NCBI GenBank assembly: GCA_016748015.1
Contig: JAAOMT010000372.1
Location: forward strand, 620,001-684,000
Length of the DNA stretch: 64,000 nucleotides
Direction: 5' to 3'
DNA from: Geosiphon pyriformis uo1
Taxonomy: Eukaryota > Fungi > Glomeromycota
Part shown: positions 1 through 13,366 of the stretch, piece after piece
Position numbering within the stretch: the stretch's first letter is position 1
Layout: every line of letters starts with the position of its first letter
Notes under the pieces: model-generated
Told to the model about the DNA's origin: nothing
Databases searched by the model: none
Seen by the model: the letters and a program-made list of their open reading frames with translations, nothing else
Position numbers and translations under genes: made by a program

Positions 1-3000
1 CATATTTTGATATATTATAAACTAACTTTTAGATAATATTACTTTATCAAGTTATAAGCTTTGTGCATATTCTATAAAATCAACTAAAGCTCTTTATTTT
101 TTTCCAGAATATTTTTAATTATTAATTCAATAGTAAAAATAAAAAACTGAGTTGAAATATTTTTTAACACCAAAAAATTATTATTATAAAGAATACCAAA
201 TCTGTTACATGCCAAAAAAATTTGATCAAAAAGAATTTTAGACAAAATTTTTTTAGCTGTTTTAATTAATATAATAGATTAAATGTTTATTAAAATACCA
301 TTTTATTTATAAAACTTGAGAATCATCGAAACTTACATCTTTTAAAAAACCAGAACATTGTTTAAAAACAAACAAGAATTTAACAAAACCAAAAAGCACT
401 TTATAATAACTTTATTATAATGTTTTTAAAACTTATTTAATATTCTAAACAGTCTAATAGTTTTGTTATCAAGCAAATTATCAACTACCAAAACCAATTC
501 TTCTATGTTAATTTTTTTTATTATATTAAAAAAAATATTATTATTTATATAGTCTAAGAATATATATTGACAAGACCAAAGATCAAACATTTTTAAAAAC
601 ACAAATTGCTTCTTTGTTTATTTTTTCATAATTTTATTAACTTTAAGCTTTATTTTATTTGGTTTTACAATTAATTTTCTTCAATCACTAAATGATTCAA
701 AAAAATCTTATAAAAAAGCTGTTCCAAAATATTTTTAATCATATATTTCTTGTTAGAACAAAAATTTTTCATATGTTGTTTAATTATCTTTTTGATAGAT
801 TTATTTTTAAACATTTTTAATTTATAATACTTAGATTTTTTGTATTTTTTTCTAATTACTAATAAATGTTTAATAATATTTATTATTTTTATACTATCTT
901 TAATTATGTTGTTAATTTTAAAAATTTTAATATTATTAACAATTAACCAAGTTTTAACAAAATACTTAAATTTTAAAAAATTTCCTAAGTTTAACTTCTT
1001 AACAATCTTAGCAATAAGCAGTTTTAATTTGAAAAATTTTGATAATTGCTTGTTTTTTAAGCAATAATACTTATTATATCAATGTCTAAAAAATATTGTA
1101 TTAGCAAAATATACTAAAATTTGTCTTAATACCTTCTATATTGTATCTAAGTTATTAAAATTTTTTGTTTCTTCAAACATATTTGATACTATTAACAGTT
1201 TAATAAAAAAACATTTCTTAAAATATGTTTATTTGATTTTATTTGCATCTTTAATCTTAAATTTTTATTGATTTTTATTGGCTTATTTATAAATACTATT
1301 AAAACAAACATTTAAAAAACCATCCAAATTAATTACAACTAAATCTGTTTTGTAATTTGTATTAAAAAACTCAAATATAATATTAACTCTATAATTTGCA
1401 ATTGCAGATACAAGATTTTTGTTCATAAAAATATAATTTATGATTTTTTTAATGTCTCTAAAATTGCTTTAAATAAAAATCTTAATTATTAGATGCCTAT
1501 TAAATAAATTAATCAAACTCTAATCTAAACAAAACTTGAAACTTACACTCTTTTTGAATTTATTTTTATTAAAATCTGTATTTAAGATTATAAAAGTATT
1601 ATAATTAACAGATTTAGCAATAAAAAAATTAATTTTTAATGTTTGCTTAAATCTGGTCTTAATAAAAACACCAATATACAAACTTAAAACAATAACTAAG
1701 AGCCTATTCTTAAACAAAAAACAGATTAAAATAACTTTACCCAAAATTTTGTTAACTTTTAAAACCTAATAAGCCAAAAAACTATTCATAATAACTACTA
1801 CATTAGTATCAAAAAAACTTATATTCAAACTAAACATAAAAATTCAAATTTTATCAAACTTATTTATAATTTATAACTTGATATTAAAATTCAATTTAGT
1901 TTTTATGATAATAGAAATCATATTATCTAAACTTTTATGTCAATAAATAACATTTTTTTGTTTTATAAAAACATTAATATTTCTAATATTATATGTAGCA
2001 ATCTTTCAAACAAAATCAGTTATTAAGATAAAAGTTGAGTCAAAACACTTAAATTATTATACATTGATTTAATCTTATTAAAACTAAATCAATAAAAACT
2101 TTAAAAGCAAACAACTTTATTTCTAAACTGTTTACTTTAGTAATCAGAATTTTTGAGTTACTTAAACTCAAATCTAAAATCTTAGACACAACCAATAAAG
2201 ATAAAAAATAACATTTATAAATTATTTACTACCATATTTAAATTTAAACTTAACTCTAAAGACACTAAAACAGATAATAAAAAAAATTAAACTACTAAAA
2301 CCAAAAGCCCTAAATCTATATTACTTAGTTTTTAAATAAAATTAAATATTTGATTAGTTAAGAGTTTCAAAAAATATTTTAAATAGGCCAAGCAATTATT
2401 AATAAAAAAATTATTTTGCACAACTAAATCAATCTTGTCAAAGTCCAAAACTTAAGCCAAAGTGAATATTATCAGAACTAGAAGCAAACAAAACAACTTA
2501 AAGTTATAATTTGCTACCAAAAACAGCAGAATACAAAATAAAAATGCTTTTTTTAGCATACAATTTGGTTAACTAAAAGTAATTTTCATTTAATACACGC
2601 TTTTTATATATCTTTAAAAAAAATTAACACATCTGAGACATTACACTTCAAAAAAAATGTCCAAAATATTCACACTTTTTATATTAAACCAGACCAATCT
2701 AGTTCAAAAAAGCTTAATATTATTCAAAATTAGTTTTATACAAAAGACTAATTTTAAATTTTTTTTTAATTTAAAACTAATTACAATACAGCAAATTCTA
2801 TTATCTGTTTTAAATAATTAATTAATAATGTAAGTTTTTTTACCAGTTTTTTCTAATAAATTACTAAGATTATAAGCAGTTGTTTTTACAAAAAATGTAA
2901 ACAAAAATGTCTTAAAACAATTTCTTAATATTTATATATCATGATTTTCTATAATTTTGATTATATATATTGAGTTTTTTTTAATTAAAAATAATTACTT

Positions 3001-3950
3001 AGATACTAAGTAATTAGTTTAACTCAATATAATAAATTTTATTACAGTCTTCTATTATAATTTAATAAGTTGTAATTAGATTGATATTATTTAACTAAAT
3101 TTAAAAAAAGCCATAATAATTATTTTTTTGGTGTATTTATAAGAATTTTTTTTATAACTATAGTCTAATCTAAATAAAATTTTTGTTTCTTAAGATTATT
3201 TTTTATTTTAATTCTATTCTTTTTAACTAATAATATAGTTTTATTCAAGCTTTTTTTAAATATAAATATTAATCTGATAATTTTTTCAAATTTTAAAAGA
3301 ATAGTAGTTTTTTCAAAATTATTAACTGTTGAAAATTTTTTTTTAATAATCTAAATTTTTGTTATTATTAATTTACTATCTATTATTAAAAAATTAATAT
3401 TCAAAACAAAAGATTTTTTAATAGATATCACTATTTAAGTTTTAGTAATTTTTGAGTTAATCCATTTTTTGTTTAGAAAAATAAAAAAACAAAAAGTAAA
3501 AAACACTTTATTATTATCTATATTATAGTTAAAAAAACCAAAAACAGCATATATATTAACTTATTTAGCCTTAAAAGTATTTATTTTAGAATCAGACTGT
3601 TTTTTATTTTTACTGTTTGCCTTATAATCAGTATTATTATTTAAAAAAACCATTTTAAGAGTATTTTTATTCATATTTATCTTAAAAAATTAACCAATAA
3701 TACATTTTAACTTATTAAAACTCAAATTTGCTTTATTATCTAAATATTTTATTTTGCCAAAAGAAGCTTTTTGCTTCTAAGTCAATCTTTTACTAACTAA
3801 ATCTAAAGTCAAAACTTTGACTAGTTTTTTTTAGCCATAATATTACTTATAATAACAGTCAATTCAACAGCAAAAAAATTAATTTCTTGAAAAATTATAA
3901 AGTATAAAACAAAAAACTTTTTTTTTAAAATATGCTCTTTGAGGAATTTT
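1..3950 (-). mobile_element. Degenerate LINE (non-LTR retrotransposon): ORF1 plus 5' part of ORF2 (APE endonuclease, start of RT), truncated by window edge
   Basis: Minus strand near 2020 reads ITDFV*KIATYNIRN, a degenerate (W)KIATCNVRG APE start. ORF 1520-1744 (LFKNRLLVIVLSLYIG...IILNTDFN) is endonuclease-like. Colinear with the + strand LINE at 23676-30873. Many stops. 5' boundary approximate. Confidence 0.8.
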
Positions 3951-4790
3951 AGATATAGAAAAAAAAAGTTTTGTATTTTTTTAATAATTATTTATATACA
4001 AATTATATATTATAAAATTACAATAATTGTTAATATTTTTTAAATTTAAGAAATAATAATTATGTTTTTAATATAAAATACAAAAAAATTTTATAGTTAA
4101 AATGATTAAATATTAATTTTTAAACTAATAAATGTATTTTTAACAATAAAAATACATTTAAAAAATATTTTTATTTAATTTTAATTTAACCAAAAATATT
4201 ATTTAAATAAAATTTGTTATTATAAAATAAACAGAAAAAAAAGTCCAAACTAACAAAAAACTAATCTAATCTTATCAAAACCAAATTAATTAATATTTTC
4301 AGAACAATTAATTTTAATTTTAAACTGCCAATTTTAGCAATAAAAACTTTAAAATTGTTAAAATTTATAAACAAAAAACTATAAAAATTATTAATATAAA
4401 GTAAAAATAAAATTTTTACATTATTTATTATTATGTTTAAATTTATATTAAAATTTGAAATAATTAAAACAATTAAAAGCACAGAAAAAATTAAAACATT
4501 GAAAAAAAAATTCATTTAATAAAAAATATTTAATATTTAATTAAAAAAAATAACAAAAACTTTTTTTTTCTCTTTCATTCTAAATTTCCAAAAAAAAATC
4601 ATATAGTTTTTTAAAAAAAAGTTTTTAATCATTTAGTATGATAAATTTAAACTGTTTTTGCTTAAATATGAGATCACTATTGGCCTTAGTATTGCTATTT
4701 TAAAAAAGTCTGTTAAAAATTCTGGCCCAAATATGATTACCAAATCTGTGTTATTAAGAAAAAAAGAAGAGATAATGTTTTGGAGAATAT

Positions 4791-5620
4791 TATTACAAGT
4801 GATTATTTGAAGTGTTAAAACAGATAATAAACTTATAACTTGGTGTTCAATAGCTTTTATGATTGGTATTTTTTGAAGGTTTTGGTAATTTAAAGATTTT
4901 GGATTAAGTTCTTTGCATAATAAACAGAAATTTAATTAATGATTTCTTCCATGAATTTTTTTCTTCAGTATGATGACCAGTTTATTCTGACAGTTGTGCC
5001 TTTTTGATAAGCTATTCTTAAATTTCTACCTTTATTTTTAAGTCTTTTATTAGACTATTCTTAACATTAAAATACTCAATACTTAATTCCTTTAATTAGT
5101 TAGTAAAACAACAAAATAAAATAAAAAAAAATAAAAAAAAAATAAAAAATTAATATCTTATTAATAGCCATAATTAAGAGTTATTAGTTCAATGTAGTTA
5201 AATGTTAAGTTCTATTAACATTAAATATTAATAGAATAAAAGTGATTAATATTTCTTAATTAAACAATAATCACATAAATTTAAGTAATAATTAATATTT
5301 TATTAATATATAATTTGATTCTATTTCAAGTTGTAAAAAACTACTTTTTGAAAGGAAGAATATTGAATAATTAATGAGTTATTGGTATTGATTCTAAACT
5401 GAATTCTGTTTTTTTTGTTTCTAATATTCTTATTATATATATATAATTAATATTATATGAGATTTCTTGGATTTCTTTAATTTCTCTAACCAAAAATTCT
5501 GAAATTCCTAGAATCTTGTAATTTCTCAAGATAAATCCTGAAATTTTTTTTTTACTACATTTGTTTCTAATTGGCTATTTTCTATTCTTATTAAGAATTC
5601 CTAAATTTTTATAAATAATA
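4791..5620 (-). repeat. 3' LTR of Gypsy 1 (family A)
   Basis: Aligns to 22765-23671. Termini TATTACA...ATAATA are transition-mutated TG...CA. Followed by TTATTCTCTTCTTTT (PPT on - strand). Confidence 0.88.
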
Positions 5621-5629
5621 TTATTCTCT

Positions 5630-6400
5630 TCTTTTAATATTGAACTTTGTCAAAATTTCCTAAATTTTCTAATCTCTTTTCTTAAATTAACTCTTTAACT
5701 TTTTTTGAGAATTATTTAGGAAATTTTGATCTGTAATTCTTTGAATTGGGGATTGATAATTTTTCTTAATTGATTAATAATTACTGTATTTATTGTTAAA
5801 TAAAATAGTATTTCTAATTAGTCTTGAAATTTTACTTGTAATTAGTATATAGCTCATATCTATGTAAATAGGTTGTTTTTTTCTACAAATTATTCAAGTT
5901 GATACAATATTGTTGTATTAAACAATTGTTTTGTATTGTCAATATACAAGTTCTAAATATTGAAATTTTGTTTCAAGTAGTAATAGTAAAAGTTTCTTGG
6001 AAATTGTTGTGTTCATTATTTCTAGTTTTTTTCTGTTAATTTTTTATATAGTATTATTGTTTTTAGTGTTTTTACTAATAATTTTACTTTTACTAATATA
6101 TTATCTACTATGTTTTTTGATTTTTTGTGTACTTTATATTGGTGTTTTGGCTTTTTTTTTCTATTTTTGTACTGAATAGTTTGTTAATTAATTGTAATTT
6201 TTATGTTTAGTTGTTAATATTAGATTAGTTGGAACAATTGTTGTGCAATGAGTAAATGTTATTAGTAATTTCCATTTTTTTGTTTGTTTTTGTTATATGT
6301 GTTGGTTTTTTATATATTTTTCTGCTATATTAATTTGACATATTTGTGTTGATAATTATAATTGATTTTAGATCTCATAGAATTTTATTTGGTTAAACTA
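5630..6400 (-). pseudogene. Extra 3' ORF of Gypsy 1 (between integrase and PPT), unknown function
   Basis: Degenerate translation AIY*LQVKFQD*LEILFYLTINTVIINQLRKIINPQFKELQ matches the equivalent region of Gypsy 2. Confidence 0.55.
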
Positions 6401-6429
6401 CTATTTGTTGTATTCTTAGTTGTGAAATA

Positions 6430-9400
6430 TTACTAGTAAATAATAATACTATATTGTAATATGGTTTCAATCAATCTTTATGTGCTGTTTTAGTTAAAAT
6501 TTTGTTGTTTTATCTTAATTTTAAGCTCTATTTCTTAGAATTTTTTTAATGTAAAATGGTCTATCTTATTTGAAGTCAAATTTTTTACTTTATTGTTTTT
6601 TTGCTTTGATATAATGCAAAAATACTTTGTTTCCAATTCCAAATTCAACTGGTTTATCTAATAATTGGTTATTATGTTGTTTTTTTTGTAATTTTTAGAT
6701 ATTATTAGCTGCTTTTTGTTTTTTGTTTTTATTAAGTCATATGTTCTTTGGAAATTGGCTTCTGTTATTGGTTCTATTAAATATGTGTTAATATTTATTT
6801 CAACTGGTAATGTTGCTGTTCTACTATAAACAAGTTCAAATAAAATTACTTGTATGATATCTTGCTTCATTGTCCAATAAGTAAATAATACTAATGATAT
6901 AAATAAATTCCATTTATCTTGGTTTTTTTGGCTAATCTTGGTTATCACTTTACCCAATATTTTATTGAATTTTTTGATTAAACTATTTGTTTATGGATAA
7001 TATAATAATAATAATGGTCTCTTAATTCCAAATTTTTAATTTAATTTTGTTAGTGTTCTATTCACAAAGTAAGATCTTTGATCTAATAATAATTTTTTTA
7101 GGCATTTATGTTAAAAAATTAAATCTTAGTGGATAAATTTAGCTATGGATTCTGTATCTGCTTTTTAAATTGTTTTTGCTTTTGGCCATTTTGTGAAATA
7201 GTTCATAACTACTATTATATAACAATTGCTTTTGCTTATTATTGTTAATAATTTAACTAAGTTAATTCCAATTTGATTAAATAGTTGTCTCACTTTGATT
7301 GGTTTTACCAGTTTACTGGATCTTGTTTCTTTTATTTTCTAACAAACATTACAATTTTAGATAATGTTTGAATATATAGATGGCCAATAATATGTTTTTT
7401 TGGTTTTTTCCATGATTGTTTCTTTATGAAAGTGTCCTGCTGTTAGATTTAAATACATGTTAAATAATATTGTTTTTTTTTCTGGCTCTGTGATTACTCT
7501 GAATGGCTAATCTGAGTATTTTCTGTTTTTTAGTATAATATATTTTGATAAGTAATAAAATATTTTGTTTGTTGTTTTATGTTGTTTTGTTTCTTTTAAG
7601 ATAATTTTTTCTTAAATTATTAAGTATTAATATAATATTGGAGTTGTTGGTATTTTTGTGTATTCATTTTTTGTGATATTTTTGAGTTAAAATATTCTTA
7701 AATTTGTTTTATTTATGACAAACTATTAGCATTTTCATTTTTTTTTTTTTTTTATAATGTATTGTATAATTAAATAATAATAGTTCTATTTTTCATCTTG
7801 CATGGCAATTGTCTCCAAATTTTTGTTTTTGGATTGATGTCAATTCTTTGTAATCAGTATATACATCAAACTTTTAATTTAAATATTCCTTCCATTTAAT
7901 AATAGCTTAATAAATAGCCAAGTATTTTAATGCTGAAGTTCTATAGTTTTTTTTGGCTGAACTTAAACTTCTGTTAGTACTGTATATACTACTGGATGTT
8001 TTTGTCTATCTAATTTTTTTTAAGACAGTATGGCTCTCAATGTTTGACTTAATACATAAGTAGTAATAATGAATGGCTTGTTATAATCTGAATAAATTAG
8101 TATTGGTGCTTAAATAAGCTTTTTTCTTAAGATGTTGAAAGCTTAATATTGGGTTTCTGTCTATTTATATTTCACATTCTTTGCTTAAAGTTGGTAAAAT
8201 AGTTGAGCCAGTTTGGAGAAGTTTTGAATAAAACAGCAATAGTATTTTGCAAATTCCAAGAATGCTCTTAGTTCTGTCAAGTTAATTGGTACCAAAAAGT
8301 TCTTAATTATCTTAATTTTGTCTGAATCTGTGTTTATATCATCTTTGCTTACAACATTTCCCAAAAACTTGAGTTCAGTTTTGCCAAAAAAGCACTTGGT
8401 AACATTCAACTTTAGTTCAGCTCTTCTATGTTTTTTAAACATTTGTTATAGATAGTGGAGATAATCATCAAATGTTTTAAAAAACACATTGGTGTTATTC
8501 AAATAGATTATTAGTGATTTTTATAGTAATCTGGTGTAAACAATTTTTATGAGTTGTTAAAAAGTAGCTGGAGTATTAATTAAGTCAATAATATCAAATT
8601 CAAAGTTTTTTTTTCTGGTTGTAAATACTGTCTTTTCTTTGTTAACTGAATTTATAGCTACTTACTAGTAACTACTATCTAAGTCTAGTGTTAAAACCTA
8701 TTTTTTTTCTTCAAAAGCATCAAATAGTTTTTGGATTTATGGAGTTGTATAACTATTTTTATGAATAATACTGTTAAGTTTTCTATAATTTACACAAAAG
8801 TGGATTTTTCTATTTTTTTTATAAATTAATATCATTAGTAATAATTATAGACTCATTAATAGTTGAATTAACCTATTGTCTAATATTTTGTTGATTTCTT
8901 GTTAAATAATTTCATGGCTAGTTGATAGTACTTAGTATGCTTATTGTTTAATTGACATAGTATCTTTGGTCTTAATTTGATACTGGATAATATTAGTTTT
9001 GCCAAATTCATTTTTATTGGCAAAAATGTTAATAAAGTTGTTGAATAGCATTTTAAGCTATATCTGTTAAAATGGGTTTAGATTTCTTAAGTTTATTTGT
9101 TTCAATTGTTCTAGTTGTAACAAATAACATTCTTTTCATTTGTATATTGTTTATAATATGATGTTTATATATTTACAAAGCTATAAAAAGTCTGGAATGA
9201 TGGTAAGTGCTTAATTTTCAACTTCAGTGCTTAAGTATCTGATAGTAGTTCTACTTGGTATTTCTATGAAGTTTTCAATTGTGTTGTATATTGGAATTTT
9301 GATGTGTCTGTTGTTTTTGGCTAGTATATAGAGATTGGTAATGATAATCTTTTCTGATTCACAAATGTTTGTTTTAGCTTAAAAATTTGAAGTTGGTTTT

Positions 9401-11460
9401 TTACTTTCTTTTCTATAACTAACATGTATTGGTTATATAATAAAATAGAAATTAATTGATGAATAAAGATAATTTCTCTTTTATTAATGGTTTTTTTTTG
9501 TTATATTAACTGATATTTCTATTCTATCTATTAATCTGAATCTTTTTATCCTTTTTGCTATAATTCCTAACTTTTTTCTTGTTCTTACTAATATTAACTG
9601 AACTATTTTAACCAGAAACAAGAATATTGTCTGTGCTATCTTTTTATTTGGTTTAATTATATATTATTTTTCTAAGTTGTTTTATAGTATTGCAATAATA
9701 TTTTTTACATATTCTGCATTAATTATTCCTTCTCTAATGTTAATCCTTTTTTTTACTAATCTAGATCTAGAGATTATTTGGACCATTGTTGTTGCTAAAA
9801 TTTTTAGTGCTATTTTCAAATCTATACTAGTGTATGAATATAGTTTTAATCTGAATGCAGTTTTTTTTGAATATTTAAAATCAAACTCTGTATTAGTATT
9901 ATGTATGTATTCTGATATAATATTTTCATTATTATTGCTAAATTATTTTAGTTTTTATTCTATTAACAGATCTGGAAGTACAATATATTGTTTGAGATTA
10001 TAATTGAAGTTTGAATTATTGTTGTTATAATCATAATAAATAGAGTTAAGACTATTGTTGTTGTTATTATTGAAGTCTAAATTGTGATTGATTTTTGATT
10101 CTGATTTTAATGTGCACTCATTAATTGGTTTTTTTTCTTTAAAAATCAAATAAATCATGCATAATGATAAATTGTAAATAATATCACAATCATTATAATA
10201 TTTGAAGTCACTGGAAATTAGGCAATATTTACAGAATCTTGTATTTAATTGTTTTAAACACTGTTCTTACTCTTTTCTAATAAGTATTAAGTCTTGGTAG
10301 TATTTGTAGAATTGTTCTGGATTGCTTAAGATATCAAAAAATGTGTTTGGATTGGGAATAAAAATGGTTTCAACAGGTTCTGGTGAATTGTTTTTGATGA
10401 TAAGTATTTTGCTGAACAAAGCATTTTTGCCTATGGTATTTGTCATTTGCCAAATTTTGTTTTTGTTATATGAATAACCATCTAAGTATAAAAGTGCTCA
10501 GTTTTATGCAGCATTAAAATATATTTCTTAACTTACTTAGTTACTAATGAAAATCATGTATTAATATAATATGTTACATGTTTTTTTTTGCTCAAAAATG
10601 TTATTTTATATTTTTTTGTTAAGTAAAGTTTTTTTGCAAATAAGACATAGTTTGTTGTCTTATTTTTCTTGTTATTTTAGATAACTAAAATGTTTTGAGT
10701 AGCATGGTTTGCAATAATAATGGGTATGTATCTAGTAGTCCTCATTTGGCACTACTTAAGCTTTTATGAATAAAAGTTTTTTCTTGCAGTTAATATACTT
10801 GAAAAAAATATAGAGTAGTTTCTTTCTTATGTTTACTAAGTATAATGTATATCAACTGTTGACTGTTTTATTGATATTAGTGATAGCTTGTAATTTATTT
10901 TTCTTTTTTCTTTTTTCTTTGTTATTCTAAGATAAGATTAATGGTAGCTTATTGTGGTTTTTTTCAGTTCACAATATTTGATAGGCTTTTCAAGTAAGTT
11001 TTTTTTGCTTTTTTTCTAATTTAATTAGTAATGATTAAGTAGTAATAGTTGGCTTAAAGTGGCTGCAGATAGCAGATACTTAAGTTTATAGACTATCTTG
11101 ACTAAGCTGTAGCTCCTGGGTATTTCAATTAAGTATAGTGTTAATCTTAAACAGCCAGTCATTACTAACAAGAGCTTGATACTGTATGTCTTCTATCACA
11201 AAAATTTTAATAGTTATAACAATACTATTAACTTTGAAAAAAAAGTTGTTGATTTTGCCAATTGAAGTTTTGGTTGTTCTATTGATAATAATAATTTTAA
11301 TACTGGCAGCATAATCAACTTGACAACCTAATTGGTCCATAAGTTGTTATATAATAATACTGTCTGCTAAACCACTATTAAGAATTAACTTAATAGAGTA
11401 ATTATTAATTTTAACCTTGATATACATAGTGGTAATTAGTTTGATGTTAAGAACAATTTT
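6430..11460 (-). pseudogene. Gypsy 1 pol: protease (~11060-11450), Cys-rich region (~10150-10860), dUTPase (~9540-9920), RT (~8190-8960), RNase H (~7700-8180), integrase (~6430-7620)
   Basis: ORF 11125-11340 is protease-like. ORF 8185-8442 (KLNVTKCFFGKTELKFLGNVVS) is RT. Catalytic YLDD appears as YLNN. ORF 6658-6957 (WNLFISLVLFTY...FELVYSRTATLP) is integrase core. Confidence 0.88.
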
Positions 11461-11509
11461 ACTGAATAATAATGTTTCTAATAAGATTTTTAATCGAAAA
11501 AAAATATGG

Positions 11510-12531
11510 TGTTATGGGTAAATTGAGTAGAGTATAGTGGTAATGTTTAGTGCTCTATTTTTGGGTTATCTTTCAAGATTGTCTGCTTTTTCTGCCATGT
11601 CAGTGTTATCAGTCTCTGAAGATCAATTTCTGGATGTAATTTTTACCTGTTGAGTTTTTTGGTTATAAGACACAGAGTTTGTCTTTCATTGATTACAACA
11701 TTTTCCATAAATATGAGCTTTCTTCTCCACACTAATAAGCATAGTCATTAGGGTCCAATATTGTCTTTTCACTCTTTTAATAAGCTACCAAGATAATATT
11801 AATATCCAAAACTTAGGGGAAGCTTTTCTTTTTTACTAGGCTATTACAAAGTCTATTCCAAGACAGTTGATTTTTCTATGTTGCCACTCCAAACAAAAAA
11901 TAAAGAAAAAAAAATAAAGAAAAAAAAGAATTAGTTCTTATTAATTGTCATAATTAAGAGCAATTGGTCCAAATTGTTAAGGGTTCAATACATTTATGCT
12001 AATGACATCTGTCCCAGAACAAAAGTGGAAAATACTGATTTTAATTTCAATTAAAATCTGTAAAATTGGAGAACATGAATTGGTAAATTGGATTTTGTTT
12101 TTTGATAATTATTGTATTTTGGATTAGGGATATATGATAAGTAGAATACAAAGTAAATTAATTACTAACTAACTGTCTGTTTTTTCAACTTCTACAATTA
12201 CTTGCTTTTATATATTTTTTTGGTTGAACAGAATTGCTTTCAATTGCTTTACTATTGCTAGCTATTGTTTTGTTATTGTTAGCTATTGCTCATTATTGAT
12301 AGCTATTGCTCATTATTGCTATCTATTGTTTATTTATTGCTAGCTATTGTTTGTTATTACTATCTATTATTTGTTATTGCTAGCTATTGCTTGTTATTGC
12401 TATCTATTGCTCGTTATTGTTAGCTATTGATCATGTTTGTTTTATGTTACTTTAAGTTGTACCACATTTTTCTTATCATGTTTCTTTGTCACATTTTTCC
12501 ATAGCTTTTTGGTTTTTCTAATCAAGTAACA
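11510..12531 (-). repeat. 3' LTR of Gypsy 2 (family B)
   Basis: TGTTATGG...GTAACA, colinear with 20594-21657. Contains an A-rich tract (~11891-11930) and a 10-bp tandem repeat. Confidence 0.93.
12250..12430. repeat. 10-bp tandem repeat (TATTGCTAGC/TATTGCTCAT-type) inside LTR B; second copy ~21380-21560
   Basis: Directly visible units such as ctattgctag ctattgtttt gttattgtta gctattgctc attattg. Confidence 0.85.
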
Positions 12532-12545
12532 TTATTTCTCTCTTT

Positions 12546-13360
12546 TAGAATTAAGCTTCTGCAAAATTATATGTATCTGTTCCTATGTCTTCATTTGTGT
12601 AATGTTTAATGGTTGTGTTGAATATTGTTTTTCATAGGTCTTTGAACTGTTGATTAGTAATTTGTCCTATGTTATTAACTGTTATTGTTTTTATAGATCC
12701 ATACAACAGTATGTTTGAACAATGTTGGAAAGTAGTGTATAGTCAGTATACTGCTTTGTAATATAGGGTCAGGTTGTTTCTTTCTACAAATTTTTCTACT
12801 TGTTGTATTGCTTCTTTGTTGAAAGTTTTTTGGCTGAAGTCTTCATATAGCATTTTTAAGTCTAATTGTTTACCTACTTTGTAGAACCAATAAGCTGGAG
12901 AAAGTCTTTCTTTCTATTCTTTTGCATTGTCTAGTGTCTATTCCCCTGTTTTGGGAAGATTGATCTCACAAGCTAAAACTTCTTTGATTTCTTCCAGCTT
13001 GGGGACCAAGTATCTTTTTTTATAAACTTTTTTTCATTTCTTTATGCTTTTTTTAAGCCCCACCTGAGACAATTTAATTCCTTTTTGTAAAATTCTTTTT
13101 TCAAATGGAGTGTAGGAATGGGAATGGTTAGTTTTAGTTAAACTTGCACCCATTCCTTTCTTGCTCCTATTTTTATAGTGTATTTCTTTTTTATTAATTG
13201 TCACTTCTATTTAAGCAGAAAATTGTTGAATTGCATCAAATAGTTGTTTTGAAAGTTGTAGAATTTGATCTGATAAGTCCATGTTGAAAGTTCTATTATT
13301 TTTTGCTGTTTTTTAGATACTATATATATTTGAATTCCCTAAATTTAATTTGCTGCATGT
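12546..13360 (-). pseudogene. Extra 3' ORF of Gypsy 2 (between integrase and PPT), unknown function
   Basis: Frameshifted translation ...RLSPAYWFYKVGKQLDLKMLYEDF...AVY*LYTTFQHCSNILLYGSIKTITVNNIGQITNQQFKDL... runs up to the PPT. Confidence 0.6.
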
Positions 13361-13366
13361 TGTCTA

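Noticed and set aside
840-6179. Short hydrophobic Phe/Ile/Leu-rich ORFs (e.g. 840-1067, 5997-6179) as membrane peptides or organellar genes
   Set aside because: Expected by-products of extreme AT content, lying antisense to decayed retroelement ORFs.
12250-12430. Periodic repeat suggestive of a CRISPR-like array
   Set aside because: 10-bp head-to-tail units with no unique spacers, duplicated as part of the LTR, and no cas genes.
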